Shown here piece by piece: positions 1 through 9,471 of a DNA stretch of 64,000 bases (position 1 is its first letter; each line of letters starts with the position of its first letter). Source of the DNA: an uncultured Alphaproteobacteria bacterium. Its GTDB lineage: Bacteria; Pseudomonadota; Alphaproteobacteria; RF32; CAG-239. The stretch spans positions 22,510 to 86,509 of the forward strand of contig CALXTM010000003.1 of assembly GCA_944391415.1 (NCBI GenBank), read 5' to 3'. A program made the translations under genes and the position numbers. Under the pieces are notes generated by a model, which did not search any database, was not told where the DNA came from, and was given only the letters and a program-made list of their open reading frames with translations.

Positions 1-2
1 AG

Positions 3-1409
3 ATGCTCTCAAGGCTTGTAACACCTAAAGAGGCCAAAGAGACCAAACAAGGCCTAAAAGACGGCTCGGTAGAGATTGTAATCGGCACCCATGCGCTTTT
101 ATCCGAGAAGATAGAGTTTTGCAATTTGGGCCTGTTGATTATTGACGAGGAGCAGCATTTTGGCGTTGCTCATAAGGAAAAACTAAAGCAGATAAAGTCT
201 GACGTTCATGTTCTGACCCTAACCGCCACGCCGATACCGCGTACTTTGCAACTTTCGCTCACCGGGGTGAAGAGTTTGAGCATCATTGCCACTCCTCCGG
301 TCGACCGCCTGGCGGCGCGCTCGTTTGTAATGCCCTTTGACAAGGTGATGATAAAAGAGGCCGTCTATCGCGAAAAATATCGTGGCGGCCAAACCTTTTT
401 TGTCTGCCCCAGGGTATCGGATATCCGCGAGATAGAAAAAGAACTGCACGCCCTTTTGCCCGATATCAAGATGTTGGTGGCTCATGGTCAAATGCCGGTT
501 TCACAATTAGAAGAGGTGATGAACGATTTCGCCGCCCAAAAAGCCGATATGCTCCTTGCCACCACCATTATCGAATCAGGCATAGATATGCCAAATGTCA
601 ACACCATGATTGTCTACCGTGCCGATATGTTTGGCCTGGCGCAGTTATATCAGCTCAAAGGGCGCATTGGCCGCAGCAAGGTTAGGGGTTACGCCTATTT
701 CACCGTTCCGCCCAAGGTCAAACTAAAACCGATTGCCGAGAGAAGATTGAGCATTTTGCAGGCGTTGGATACGTTGGGGGCAGGTTTTTCGCTTGCCAGC
801 CATGATATGGATATTAGAGGTGCCGGCAATATCTTGGGCGAGGAACAGTCCGGCCATATCAAAGATGTTGGTATTTCGCTTTATCAGCATATGTTGGAAG
901 AAGAGGTTTTGCGCTTACGCTCTGGTGTTATGGCCGATGAACAGCTCAAACAGATCGAAGATTGGGTGCCGCAAATTTCAATCGGCATTCCTATTATGAT
1001 ACCCGAGACTTATGTCCGCGATCTCGGTATCAGGCTTGGGCTTTATAAGCGCATTGGCGATATCAAGACCAAAGACGAGATAGCAGACATCAAAGAAGAG
1101 CTGATCGACCGTTTTGGCGCTCTGCCGCCAGAGGTTGTCAATCTTTTGACCACGGTAGAGATAAAGATTTTGTGCAAAGAAGCCGGTATCGACAGGGTAG
1201 ATGCCGGAGCCAAAGGTGTTTTGATTGGCTTTAGGGGCAATGTTTTTGCCAACCCGGAGAAGTTGATAGACCTTATAGCTTCTTCTTTTGGCGCAATCAA
1301 AGTGCGCCCTGATCAAAGATTATTTATAGAAAAAGACTTATCATCCTATGATACCAGAGTTAGTGTTATCAAACAATATATCGGCAAAATTGCGGCTCTA
1401 AAATCATAG
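3..1409 (+). CDS. mfd: Transcription-repair coupling factor Mfd, C-terminal part (5' end lies outside the window)
   Basis: The ORF runs into the left window edge with no start codon. SF2 helicase motifs are present: DEEQHFGV (motif II), TLTATPIPRTL and QLKGRIGRS. A long C-terminal tail follows, as in Mfd rather than RecG. Confidence 0.9.
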   Translation: MLSRLVTPKEAKETKQGLKDGSVEIVIGTHALLSEKIEFCNLGLLIIDEEQHFGVAHKEKLKQIKSDVHVLTLTATPIPRTLQLSLTGVKSLSIIATPPVDRLAARSFVMPFDKVMIKEAVYREKYRGGQTFFVCPRVSDIREIEKELHALLPDIKMLVAHGQMPVSQLEEVMNDFAAQKADMLLATTIIESGIDMPNVNTMIVYRADMFGLAQLYQLKGRIGRSKVRGYAYFTVPPKVKLKPIAERRLSILQALDTLGAGFSLASHDMDIRGAGNILGEEQSGHIKDVGISLYQHMLEEEVLRLRSGVMADEQLKQIEDWVPQISIGIPIMIPETYVRDLGIRLGLYKRIGDIKTKDEIADIKEELIDRFGALPPEVVNLLTTVEIKILCKEAGIDRVDAGAKGVLIGFRGNVFANPEKLIDLIASSFGAIKVRPDQRLFIEKDLSSYDTRVSVIKQYIGKIAALKS

Positions 1410-1504
1410 AACAGGTTGCAGATTAAGTTTGGGCTTGCAGTTTCAAAACATCATTTACTTCAAGTCAAAAATATTTTATGATATTTGCATAAAAGGACGA
1501 CATC

Positions 1505-2179
1505 ATGCAACAACCGACCGATAAATTCTATAATATACAAGTTAACTTGATAAAAAACGGGCAGATTTACAAGGAACATGTAGCTATCCGCAACATGTGG
1601 TCGAAAGGGCGTAGCATTTTTCTTGATATATATTTTTATCGTCTGCAAAAATCATTTGTTTTTGATTCGGTATTTGTGCATGATATCGTCGATCTAAGTC
1701 GCGACAAGGTATATACCGATATTAACAAATTTTTTCAAGATTTTACACATGTTTCGGCATCCGACTTACCCCAAGACACCATAAAGCCGACCAAGCCATC
1801 GCGCAAAGATATTTTATCGCCGCTTAAAGACGATGTTATGTTATTGTCGTTTATGGCGGCTCTTTGGCCTGACAAGCAAGATATAAAAGAAAGAATTATA
1901 ATTGATTATATAAAACACAACTTGGAACAAGCATCAAGTTTAAGCGAGCGCTATCTCAAATCATATATTACGGATATACATTCCAACAACAATGATTTTT
2001 ACAATATTTTGCCCAAGCTCAAATCCAAACAACCGCATCAAGCAGAATTATTGCTTAAAGAAGCTGTAAAGATTTGTTTATCCGACGGCTATTTACAATA
2101 TAATGAGAGAATGTATCTGGCAGATATTATGCAAGCCCTGAGGGAATACGGGCTCAAAATTAAAATTGATTTACCATAA
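1505..2179 (+). CDS. Hypothetical protein, C-terminal half possibly TerB-like
   Basis: ATG start with AAGGA about 8 nt upstream. The C-terminal pattern LSDGYLQYNERMYLADIMQAL resembles the aDG-x3-E-x3-l helix pair of TerB/DjlA-N domains. The N-terminal half is unassigned. Confidence 0.5.
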   Translation: MQQPTDKFYNIQVNLIKNGQIYKEHVAIRNMWSKGRSIFLDIYFYRLQKSFVFDSVFVHDIVDLSRDKVYTDINKFFQDFTHVSASDLPQDTIKPTKPSRKDILSPLKDDVMLLSFMAALWPDKQDIKERIIIDYIKHNLEQASSLSERYLKSYITDIHSNNNDFYNILPKLKSKQPHQAELLLKEAVKICLSDGYLQYNERMYLADIMQALREYGLKIKIDLP

Positions 2180-2180
2180 C

Positions 2181-2228
2181 AAAAAAAAGTTGTTTTTCCT
2201 TTAGTTTGGAAAAACAACTTTTTTATTT
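2181..2228. terminator. Bidirectional rho-independent terminator between convergent genes
   Basis: Perfect 13-bp stem aagttgtttttcc / ggaaaaacaactt (2187-2199 / 2208-2220) with an 8-nt loop. An A-run lies on the left and a T-run on the right. Confidence 0.8.
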
Positions 2229-2936
2229 TCATTTTTTCTTGACCAGTGATTCGAACTTTTTCTTGGCTTTTTCGACATATTGTTCATTGTCTTTTTTGAA
2301 CAATACATAGATGATGTTATCAAGCATACTTTCCGAAAAGATTTTATTTTCGGCACGTTGCCAAGCATCAAGCATCTCTTGTTTGGTATATCCTTTACAT
2401 GAAGCCTCATCAACAAGAACTTTCAGGTATTCGAAATATTCCGCACCGTTGATACTGTCTTTTGCTTTGATAATAGTCAGATCCAAGATAAAATCCGGGG
2501 CAAACTTTTTGTCCTTGAGCCTTTTGCTGTCAAGCTTTTGGGCAACCAGTCGTTCCAACATCATTTTGGTGTCTTTGGCAGCGTCTTTGTTTTTTCTGAT
2601 GTAGTATGCGACAAACTCCAAAAAAGAAACGTATTCTCTTTTCAAATTATCAAGCCGCCACTGAATGATTTTGCGCATCACAACGCTTTCCTCCAGCTTT
2701 AGACAGGCCACATATTTTTCCATCAGAATCTTTTTGAGCTCTATTTTGTCCTTTGCGGGGCTATTTTCAGCCAATTTTTCGGCTTTTTGCCACAGCAACG
2801 ACAGGTACAAAGACACTGGCTCGTTAAACTCCAGATTATTCTCATAGAGATATCGGGCGACAATTTTATCAATCCCGAAATTAGGCTCTTGTGATTTCTC
2901 CCACACATCAGCCATAGGTATTTTCACATTTTGCAT
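2229..2936 (-). CDS. Hypothetical protein (235 aa), helical and Lys/Glu-rich
   Basis: Long ORF with an ATG start, ending at the bidirectional terminator. Shares a GYT-x-QE...W...VLF segment with the next gene (3101..3415). No recognisable family. Confidence 0.6.
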   Translation of the reverse strand: MQNVKIPMADVWEKSQEPNFGIDKIVARYLYENNLEFNEPVSLYLSLLWQKAEKLAENSPAKDKIELKKILMEKYVACLKLEESVVMRKIIQWRLDNLKREYVSFLEFVAYYIRKNKDAAKDTKMMLERLVAQKLDSKRLKDKKFAPDFILDLTIIKAKDSINGAEYFEYLKVLVDEASCKGYTKQEMLDAWQRAENKIFSESMLDNIIYVLFKKDNEQYVEKAKKKFESLVKKK

Positions 2937-3030
2937 ATTTATAATTGTTTTTTAATAATTTTTCACATCTATCAGCCAAAATAACACATCTTATTTTTTT
3001 GGTCAAGTTGCAAAAGAATCTTTTTTTGAC

Positions 3031-3058
3031 AAAAAAACCCGCCTCACGGCGGGGTTTT
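3031..3058 (-). terminator. Rho-independent terminator of gene 3101..3415
   Basis: Stem cccgcc / ggcggg with loop tcac. On the minus strand it is followed by a 7-T run, and it sits about 40 nt after the stop codon. Confidence 0.8.
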
Positions 3059-3100
3059 GGTAGTAGTTAGTAGTGTATGAATATGGTTAGAAGTGCGTTG

Positions 3101-3415
3101 TCATTCCATAGCGGCCAAGAAAGCAGCATAATGCCGCTTGGCCATATAGTAGCTCAGCGGTTCAAACAGAACCGTGAGCGCTTCGTCCAGCGACAATTCG
3201 TCGCTCGCAGGGTGAACGAAGTTCACCTTATCCGATAGCATCAGCCCCCAAGAGGCGGCAACCTCCTGTTGTGTATATCCGGCCTCTTTGGCCTTCAATA
3301 CCAAAGCCGAAATATACGGAGCTTCTTCTGGTCTGAAGAAGCCCAACTTTGAAACCGGCCATTCAGCGGGTCTCAAATCAAGAACTTCTGTCTTTCTAAA
3401 AATCTTCTTCGCCAT
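3101..3415 (-). CDS. Hypothetical protein (104 aa)
   Basis: ATG start and its own terminator. The segment KAKEAGYTQQEVAASW...TVLF is paralogous to the C-terminus of ORF 2229..2936. Confidence 0.55.
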   Translation of the reverse strand: MAKKIFRKTEVLDLRPAEWPVSKLGFFRPEEAPYISALVLKAKEAGYTQQEVAASWGLMLSDKVNFVHPASDELSLDEALTVLFEPLSYYMAKRHYAAFLAAME

Positions 3416-3590
3416 AGTATTTTCCGGTTTATTTTACGAGGCAGCATCCTTTAATGCACCGGTAACCTCGTTTTAAAGAATTATATGTAACTAATATTTT
3501 TAATGCTCGCAACATATCACAAATTACCCCCTTGGTCAACCCCAAAAATGACAAAAACTTAATTTTTTTGTCAAAAACCGATTTTTCACA

Positions 3591-3623
3591 CCAAAAAAGA
3601 GGCTTTGGATATCCAAGCCTCTT
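3591..3623 (-). terminator. Rho-independent terminator after the OmpA-like lipoprotein gene
   Basis: Hairpin gaggctt(t)gg ...ccaagcctc (3599-3621). On the minus strand it is followed by TTTTTTGG, about 25 nt after the stop at 3649. Confidence 0.75.
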
Positions 3624-3648
3624 TCCACAAATCAGCTGTAAATGCTCA

Positions 3649-4287
3649 CTATTGCTGGTTAATCAACACAATCTCAACCCGGCGGTTTTGCTCGCGTCCT
3701 GCGGCGGTTGCATTAGATGCAATCGGGTTGGCCGCGCCATATCCCGTGGCGATAATCCGATTCGCCGCCACACCCTGTACTTTTAAGAAATCGGCCACGG
3801 CATTGGCTCTTCTTTGCGACAAGGGCAGGTTGATGGCATTGGTTCCGGTATTGTCGGTATAGCCGTTTACCTGGACCAATGTCTTGTCATATTCTTTCAA
3901 CACCTTGGCAATTGATACCACCACCGGCTGGAACGATGATTTGATATAAGCCTCGTTGGTGTCAAAAGTGATGTTCCCCGGCATAATCAGGTATATTTGT
4001 CCGCCAACTTCTTTAACCTGTACTCCGGTACCAACCAACTCTTGGCGCAATTTAGCGGCCTGATAGTCCATATATCCGCCGGCGGCCGCACCACCTGCCG
4101 CACCAATTCCTGCTCCAATCAATGCGCCTTTCTCACCACCGGTCAAAGCACCGATACCAGCACCCAAAGCCGTGCCGATACCTGCACCCCAGGCAGTCTT
4201 GGCAACTTTGGTTTCACCCGTATATGGGTCGGTTGCACAGGCTGTGAGCATTGTTGTCATAATTATTGCAGATATCAACTTTTTCAT
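3649..4287 (-). CDS. OmpA-family peptidoglycan-associated lipoprotein with a glycine-zipper region
   Basis: Signal peptide plus lipobox (MTTMLTAC), a Gly/Ala-rich zipper, and an OmpA C-terminal domain (NGYTDNTGT...LSQRRANAVADFL...REQNRRVEI). A strong SD (AAGGAGAG) is present. The ATGA overlap with the upstream gene indicates translational coupling. Confidence 0.9.
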   Translation of the reverse strand: MKKLISAIIMTTMLTACATDPYTGETKVAKTAWGAGIGTALGAGIGALTGGEKGALIGAGIGAAGGAAAGGYMDYQAAKLRQELVGTGVQVKEVGGQIYLIMPGNITFDTNEAYIKSSFQPVVVSIAKVLKEYDKTLVQVNGYTDNTGTNAINLPLSQRRANAVADFLKVQGVAANRIIATGYGAANPIASNATAAGREQNRRVEIVLINQQ

Positions 4288-5462
4288 TTTTGCTCTCCTT
4301 TAATTTTAGCATCCAACATCTTGGCCGCATCCACACCCGAGGCAACAGCCTCAACAATGGTCGAACCGCCGATTTTGCAATCACCTGCGTAGATGATATT
4401 GGCATGTTCGATTGGCTTTTCGGCTCGGCTGCCGATTGCCTTGATAATCAAATCGAATCCCCGGCGTTTAACAACCGAATCGGGCAAATCTTCATATCCT
4501 CTCTCGCCAGGTTGGGTCGAACATGTATAAATATCAAGTTTCTCGGCATTCTTTTCTACTTTACACACTCTTGTGGTGGTCATCAAGTCAATTTGCCGAT
4601 TGAGCAACTCTTCCATCTCTTTTTTGGTAACTTTCATATCAAAAATCTTCCGTCTGACAAACACCGTTACCATATTAGCACCCAAATTTTTGGCTGTCAT
4701 GGCGCAATCTGCAGCCACATTGCCACCGCCGATAATACCAACTCTTTTTGCCCCGGCAAATTTATCAGGATTTTTTAGGTAGTCGGCATAAGGCACCACA
4801 TTCTCTTCACCATCAACCCCAAGGCCTATTATGTTTTGTTCGCCGATTGCCATAATAACCCCATCAAAACCTTTGGTCAACAAATCCAACGGGTTGTCAA
4901 CCTGGGTATTAAATTCCACCAATACCTTGCCGATTCGGTTAATATATCGCCAATCATCTTCAATTACTTCATAGGGCAGGCGATAATCAGGTATCAGATT
5001 GAGCGCGCCACCGACTTTGTCTGATTTTTCAAACAATTTTACGGCATATCCCAGTTTAATCAATTTCCAAGCTGCCGCCATTCCTGCAGGTCCGGCTCCT
5101 ACAATGGCAATTTTTTTGCCATTAGTGGGCTGTTTATTGCCATCAACCATATCCTCGCGATATTTGTTGATAAGTGTTGCTTGCACCAAAGGTATGTTAA
5201 TCGGAAAATCAATTTTGCCGCGCAAACAAGCTTTCATACAAAACTGATCAGGACAAATCAGCCCGCAGGTATGTCCCATGGGGTTGTTTTTGCAAATTGA
5301 AGCAACCGCTTCTTTATATTCTCCTTTTTTGGCGTGTTGAATAAACTCTTGCGGCGAGCAATTAACCGGGCAGGCACTCATACATGGTTTCGATGCACAA
5401 TTCAAACACCGCTCAAGCTCAGCCTCAAACTGTGGTTTGTTAAGATAGAGTTTGTTGTTCAT
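4284..5462 (-). CDS. GltD-family Fe-S flavoprotein (glutamate synthase small-subunit-like NAD(P)H oxidoreductase)
   Basis: N-terminal Cys clusters (CLNCASKPCMSACP, CGLICPDQFCMKAC) followed by the dinucleotide fold IAIVGAGPAGMAAA and a second GIIGGGNVAADCA. The track start at 5471 is TTG, so the ATG at 5462 is used here. Confidence 0.75.
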   Translation of the reverse strand: MNNKLYLNKPQFEAELERCLNCASKPCMSACPVNCSPQEFIQHAKKGEYKEAVASICKNNPMGHTCGLICPDQFCMKACLRGKIDFPINIPLVQATLINKYREDMVDGNKQPTNGKKIAIVGAGPAGMAAAWKLIKLGYAVKLFEKSDKVGGALNLIPDYRLPYEVIEDDWRYINRIGKVLVEFNTQVDNPLDLLTKGFDGVIMAIGEQNIIGLGVDGEENVVPYADYLKNPDKFAGAKRVGIIGGGNVAADCAMTAKNLGANMVTVFVRRKIFDMKVTKKEMEELLNRQIDLMTTTRVCKVEKNAEKLDIYTCSTQPGERGYEDLPDSVVKRRGFDLIIKAIGSRAEKPIEHANIIYAGDCKIGGSTIVEAVASGVDAAKMLDAKIKGEQK

Positions 5463-5475
5463 TTGACGCAATCTC

Positions 5476-6219
5476 TTAAATCATAGCCATGCCGCCATTG
5501 ACATGGATAGTTTGCCCAGTGATATATCCTGCTTCATCGCTGGCCAAAAACAGCGCAGCATTGGCCACATCTTCGGGTGTACCCATTTTGGCCATGGGAA
5601 TAGTCTCAAGCAAATGTTCTTTGGCTTTGTCTGATAACACATCGGTCATTGGTGTTTTGATGAATCCTGGAGCCAGGCAATTGATGGTAATGCCTCTTGA
5701 TGCCACCTCCAAAGCCATCGACTTTGACATTCCGATAAGTCCGGCCTTGCTTGCGGCATAGTTGCTTTGCCCGGCATTGCCGATAACACCTACCACCGAT
5801 GTCATGTTGATAATTCGCCCGAATCTGTGTTTGAGCATACAAGGCAACACTGCCTTAGACAACAAAAAGCTCGATGTCAAATTAGTGTCCAACACCTTGT
5901 GCCAAGCCTCACTTGATATTTTCAAAGAAAGGTTGTCTTTGGTAATGCCGGCATTGTTGATTAACACGTCAATTTTGCCGCAGTCTTCTTCAACCTTTGC
6001 CACCAATGCGGCAATGTTATTTTCATCGCTCAAATCCACGGCATAAATTTTAACATCACCGTTTGGCAGTTCATCTTGGCGAAATTTTTCCAGTTTTGCC
6101 TCATCACGCCCGACAATGGCAAGCTCTGCTCCTTGTTGCTGAAACAATTTGCAAATTCCTCGGCCAATGCCTCCCGTGGCACCCGTAATAAGGACGGTTT
6201 TTCCGGTAAGATCAAGCAT
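5476..6219 (-). CDS. fabG: 3-oxoacyl-ACP reductase FabG
   Basis: SDR motifs TGATGGIGR, NNAG and YAASKAG, in FAS gene context. The start was moved to the ATG at 6219 (MLDLTGKTVLITG) because the longer ORF would overlap fabD. Confidence 0.9.
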   Translation of the reverse strand: MLDLTGKTVLITGATGGIGRGICKLFQQQGAELAIVGRDEAKLEKFRQDELPNGDVKIYAVDLSDENNIAALVAKVEEDCGKIDVLINNAGITKDNLSLKISSEAWHKVLDTNLTSSFLLSKAVLPCMLKHRFGRIINMTSVVGVIGNAGQSNYAASKAGLIGMSKSMALEVASRGITINCLAPGFIKTPMTDVLSDKAKEHLLETIPMAKMGTPEDVANAALFLASDEAGYITGQTIHVNGGMAMI

Positions 6220-6232
6220 AATATATGCCCCG

Positions 6233-7162
6233 TTAAATTGCCTGAGCGTAAGTTTTAAGCAATTCTTCGGCATTTACGGCTTCTGCTTCTGGCACGGTCT
6301 TTTTTATCAACCCTGTCAAAACATTGCCAAAGCCAGATTCGATATATCTTGCTGCGCCGTTTTCCTGCATATATACAATGCTTTCTTGCCATTTTACGGT
6401 ATGAGTAATTTGTTGAACCAACAAATCTTTAATCTCAGCCGTGCTGGTATATTCTCTGGCGGTCAAATTGCTGATAACCTTAACTTTTGGTTCGGCAAAT
6501 TTGGTGTCTGCCAATACTTCGGCCATTTTGTCGGCGGCACTTTGCATCAAAGGTGAGTGAAAAGCTCCGGATACCTGCAGCATAATTGCCCGTTTAACTC
6601 CTTGGGTTTTTGCTTCTTCACAAGCAGCCTCGACTTTGGCTTTGTCACCGCTCAAGACAATTTGTGCCGGCGAGTTGGAGTTTCCAATGTAGCATCCGCT
6701 CATATCGGCAATGGCGGCAGCTTTTGCATAGTCAAACCCAATCAAAGCAGCCATCGCTCCGGGGTTATCAATGCAAGCCTGCATCATATAGGCTCCTCTT
6801 GCTTTAAGCAATTTGGCAGTATCTTCCAATGACAAACTTCCCGAAGCACACAGTGCCGAATATTCGCCCAACGAATGCCCGGCCATAAATTTGATATTGT
6901 CGATGTTTATCAGCCCAAGATTTTTCAAAACTTCAAAATAGGCAATTGCCACGGCCATAATTGCCGGTTGAGCATTAGATGTTTTATTAAGCTCTTCGAT
7001 TTCGCCGTCAAACATCAGTTTGCTCAACTTAAAATTCAGAGCATCGTCAACTCTTGCAAAAACATCTTTGGCCACGGCAAAATTGTCATTCAAATCTTTG
7101 CCCATGCCAATCTTTTGTGATCCCTGACCGGGAAAAACAACCACATCAGATATAATTTCCAT
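6233..7162 (-). CDS. fabD: Malonyl-CoA:ACP transacylase FabD
   Basis: FPGQGSQ and GHSLGEYSAL active-site motifs. The track start at 7168 is TTG. The ATG at 7162 has better AGGA spacing. Confidence 0.9.
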   Translation of the reverse strand: MEIISDVVVFPGQGSQKIGMGKDLNDNFAVAKDVFARVDDALNFKLSKLMFDGEIEELNKTSNAQPAIMAVAIAYFEVLKNLGLINIDNIKFMAGHSLGEYSALCASGSLSLEDTAKLLKARGAYMMQACIDNPGAMAALIGFDYAKAAAIADMSGCYIGNSNSPAQIVLSGDKAKVEAACEEAKTQGVKRAIMLQVSGAFHSPLMQSAADKMAEVLADTKFAEPKVKVISNLTAREYTSTAEIKDLLVQQITHTVKWQESIVYMQENGAARYIESGFGNVLTGLIKKTVPEAEAVNAEELLKTYAQAI

Positions 7163-7173
7163 TGTCAAAATTC

Positions 7174-8430
7174 CTACATTTTTCTAAATATCAAAGAAGC
7201 GTTTGTTCCGCCAAATCCAAATGAGTTTGACATTGCAACCTTGACATCGCATTTGCGAGCTTTGTTTGGTACCAAATCCATACCCTTAACTTCATCAATC
7301 GGGTCTTCCAAATTTAGGGTAGGCGGCAAAATACCTGTCTCAATTGCTTTTACGCAGAACACGGCCTCAACCGCACCTGCAGCACCCAGCAAGTGACCGA
7401 TGGCCGATTTGGTCGACGACATTTTAAGATTTGGGCAATCAACAAACAATTCCGAAACGGCTTTTGCCTCCATAGCGTCGCCAATCATGGTAGAAGTACC
7501 GTGGGCATTGATATAAGTAACCTCTTGCGGCTTAATTCCTGATTTGCGCAAAGCCTCACTCATAGCTTGTTTAGCGCCGCTTCCGTCCGGTGCCGGCGAT
7601 GTAATATGATAAGCATCACCAGAATTACCGTATCCGGCCAATTCAGCATAAATTTTGGCGCCTCTTTTTTTGGCATGTTCATATTCTTCCAGCACCAGTA
7701 CACCGGCACCTTCGCCCATAACAAAACCGTCATGACCTTTGTCCCAAGGACGTGATGCTTTTTGCGGGGTATCATTGTAGCTGTGCGACAAAGCTTTTGC
7801 CTGCATAAATCCAGCAATTCCCAAAGCACAAACGGCAGATTCGGCACCGCCGGCAATCATCACATCGGCATCATCCAAAACAATTGCCTGATATGCCTGT
7901 GCAATAGCATGCGAACCCGTAGCACAAGCCGTAACACAAGAAAGGTTTGGCCCCTTAAAACCATGATTCATTGAAACATGGCCTGATATCATGTTAATAA
8001 TCGTTGCCGGAATAAAAAACGGACTTATACGTCTTGGTCCTGATGCAGCCAAAATTTGGGCATTGTCATCGATGGTTTTCAGTCCGCCGATACCAGACCC
8101 GATTATAACTCCGGTACGAGCTTTTTCTGTTGCATCTTCAGGCGTCCACCCGGCATCTTTAATTGCTTCCTCGGCCGCGGCAATACCAAACAAAATAAAG
8201 TCATCAACTCTGCGTTGTTCTTTTGGTTCCATCACCGTGTCAGGGTTAAATTGCCCAAGCTCTGTTCCTTTAATAACTTCTCCTGCAACCTTGACGCTAA
8301 AGTTTTCTGTATCAAATTTTGTAATATTGGTAATGGCAGATTTGCCTTCAACAATTGAATTCCAAGACAAATCAACTCCCATTCCGAAAGGTGTCAAAGC
8401 ACCCAATCCTGTAACAACAACTCTTTTCAT
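7174..8430 (-). CDS. fabF: 3-oxoacyl-ACP synthase II FabF
   Basis: Condensing-enzyme motifs: active-site Cys in SCVTACATGSHAI, HGTSTMIGD, and NSFGFGGTN. 418 aa. SD AAGGAAG. Confidence 0.9.
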   Translation of the reverse strand: MKRVVVTGLGALTPFGMGVDLSWNSIVEGKSAITNITKFDTENFSVKVAGEVIKGTELGQFNPDTVMEPKEQRRVDDFILFGIAAAEEAIKDAGWTPEDATEKARTGVIIGSGIGGLKTIDDNAQILAASGPRRISPFFIPATIINMISGHVSMNHGFKGPNLSCVTACATGSHAIAQAYQAIVLDDADVMIAGGAESAVCALGIAGFMQAKALSHSYNDTPQKASRPWDKGHDGFVMGEGAGVLVLEEYEHAKKRGAKIYAELAGYGNSGDAYHITSPAPDGSGAKQAMSEALRKSGIKPQEVTYINAHGTSTMIGDAMEAKAVSELFVDCPNLKMSSTKSAIGHLLGAAGAVEAVFCVKAIETGILPPTLNLEDPIDEVKGMDLVPNKARKCDVKVAMSNSFGFGGTNASLIFRKM

Positions 8431-8445
8431 CTCAATCTTCCTTCA

Positions 8446-9471
8446 TTATTTTTGAAAAATGTTTTCCGGTTTAAAGATACCGTCGCGCAAATTAATGACG
8501 CCGCCGCCCCAACACATTCCGGCACCAAATCCGCAAACTATGGCTTTGGACGGTGTTTTAATCTTTCCGTCTTTAATACCTTCGCCAATAGCAATCAAAA
8601 TAGAAGAGGCCGATGTATTTCCTAAATGTTCAATGTTGGAAATCACCTTGCTGTCATCATAACCCAAGCGCTCTTGCACGGCTTTGATAATACGTTGATT
8701 TGCTTGGTGCAACACCAAATAGTCGACATCTTCGGCGGCAATGTTATTTTTTGCCAAAATGTCGTCAGTAATATAGGGCGGAATAATATTGGCCACAAAT
8801 TTATAAACATCTTGTCCTTTCATGGTACAAAACTGTTGTGTCGGGGTCTGATCAACAAAAGGACAGTTTCCTTTCAGTGCCGGCATGGTAATATAATCTC
8901 CGACATGTCCGTTTGCCTTAATATCAATTACCATAATATCTGAGACATCACCTGCCGAAATAACCGCTGCTCCGATACCATCGCCAAACAATATTGATGT
9001 TCTGCGATCAGTCCAATCCACATAACGAGAGCAGTTATCAATTGTAACCAACAAGATATTTTTGGCAACGCCCGATTGAATATAGGCATTGGCAATATCA
9101 AGCCCATATACAAACCCAGAGCAGGCAACCGAAATATCAAAAGCCGGAACATTCCTTTGTATTCCAAGCAACGCCTGCACCATGCAAGAAGAAGAGGGCA
9201 TAAATTGTACCGGCATTGACGTTGCCGCTACAATCAAGTCAATATCTTCCTTGTCAACACAGGCATTTTTTATAGCTTGCTCGGCTGCTTGTTTTAACAA
9301 ATCAAATGCTTCGGCATCACTTGCAAAGACGCGTCTTTCTTTTATTCCAGTACGGGTATATATCCACTCGTCCGAGGTTTCATAAAGACCGGTCAGGTCA
9401 TTATTGGTAACAACTTTACTCGGAATGGCATAACCGATACCTGTAATCATCGGCAAATTATTTTTCATCAT
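8446..9471 (-). CDS. fabH: 3-oxoacyl-ACP synthase III FabH
   Basis: KAS III pattern: DISVACSGFVYGL, HQANQRII, GNTSASSI, GFGAGMCWG. The start overlaps the accC stop by 14 nt. An alternative ATG lies at 9450. Confidence 0.85.
   Translation of the reverse strand: MMKNNLPMITGIGYAIPSKVVTNNDLTGLYETSDEWIYTRTGIKERRVFASDAEAFDLLKQAAEQAIKNACVDKEDIDLIVAATSMPVQFMPSSSCMVQALLGIQRNVPAFDISVACSGFVYGLDIANAYIQSGVAKNILLVTIDNCSRYVDWTDRRTSILFGDGIGAAVISAGDVSDIMVIDIKANGHVGDYITMPALKGNCPFVDQTPTQQFCTMKGQDVYKFVANIIPPYITDDILAKNNIAAEDVDYLVLHQANQRIIKAVQERLGYDDSKVISNIEHLGNTSASSILIAIGEGIKDGKIKTPSKAIVCGFGAGMCWGGGVINLRDGIFKPENIFQK

Noticed and set aside
5476-6273. N-terminal extensions proposed by the track for fabG, apbE (21368), rseC (22428), rnfG (25984), rnfE (26540), pip (34687), the TIM-barrel gene (37599), the 152 aa ORF (48436) and the small ORF after parC (59040)
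   Set aside because: The extensions overlap the upstream gene, lack SD sequences or start at TTG/GTG. Internal ATGs coincide with family-typical N-termini and with SD or stop-start coupling.
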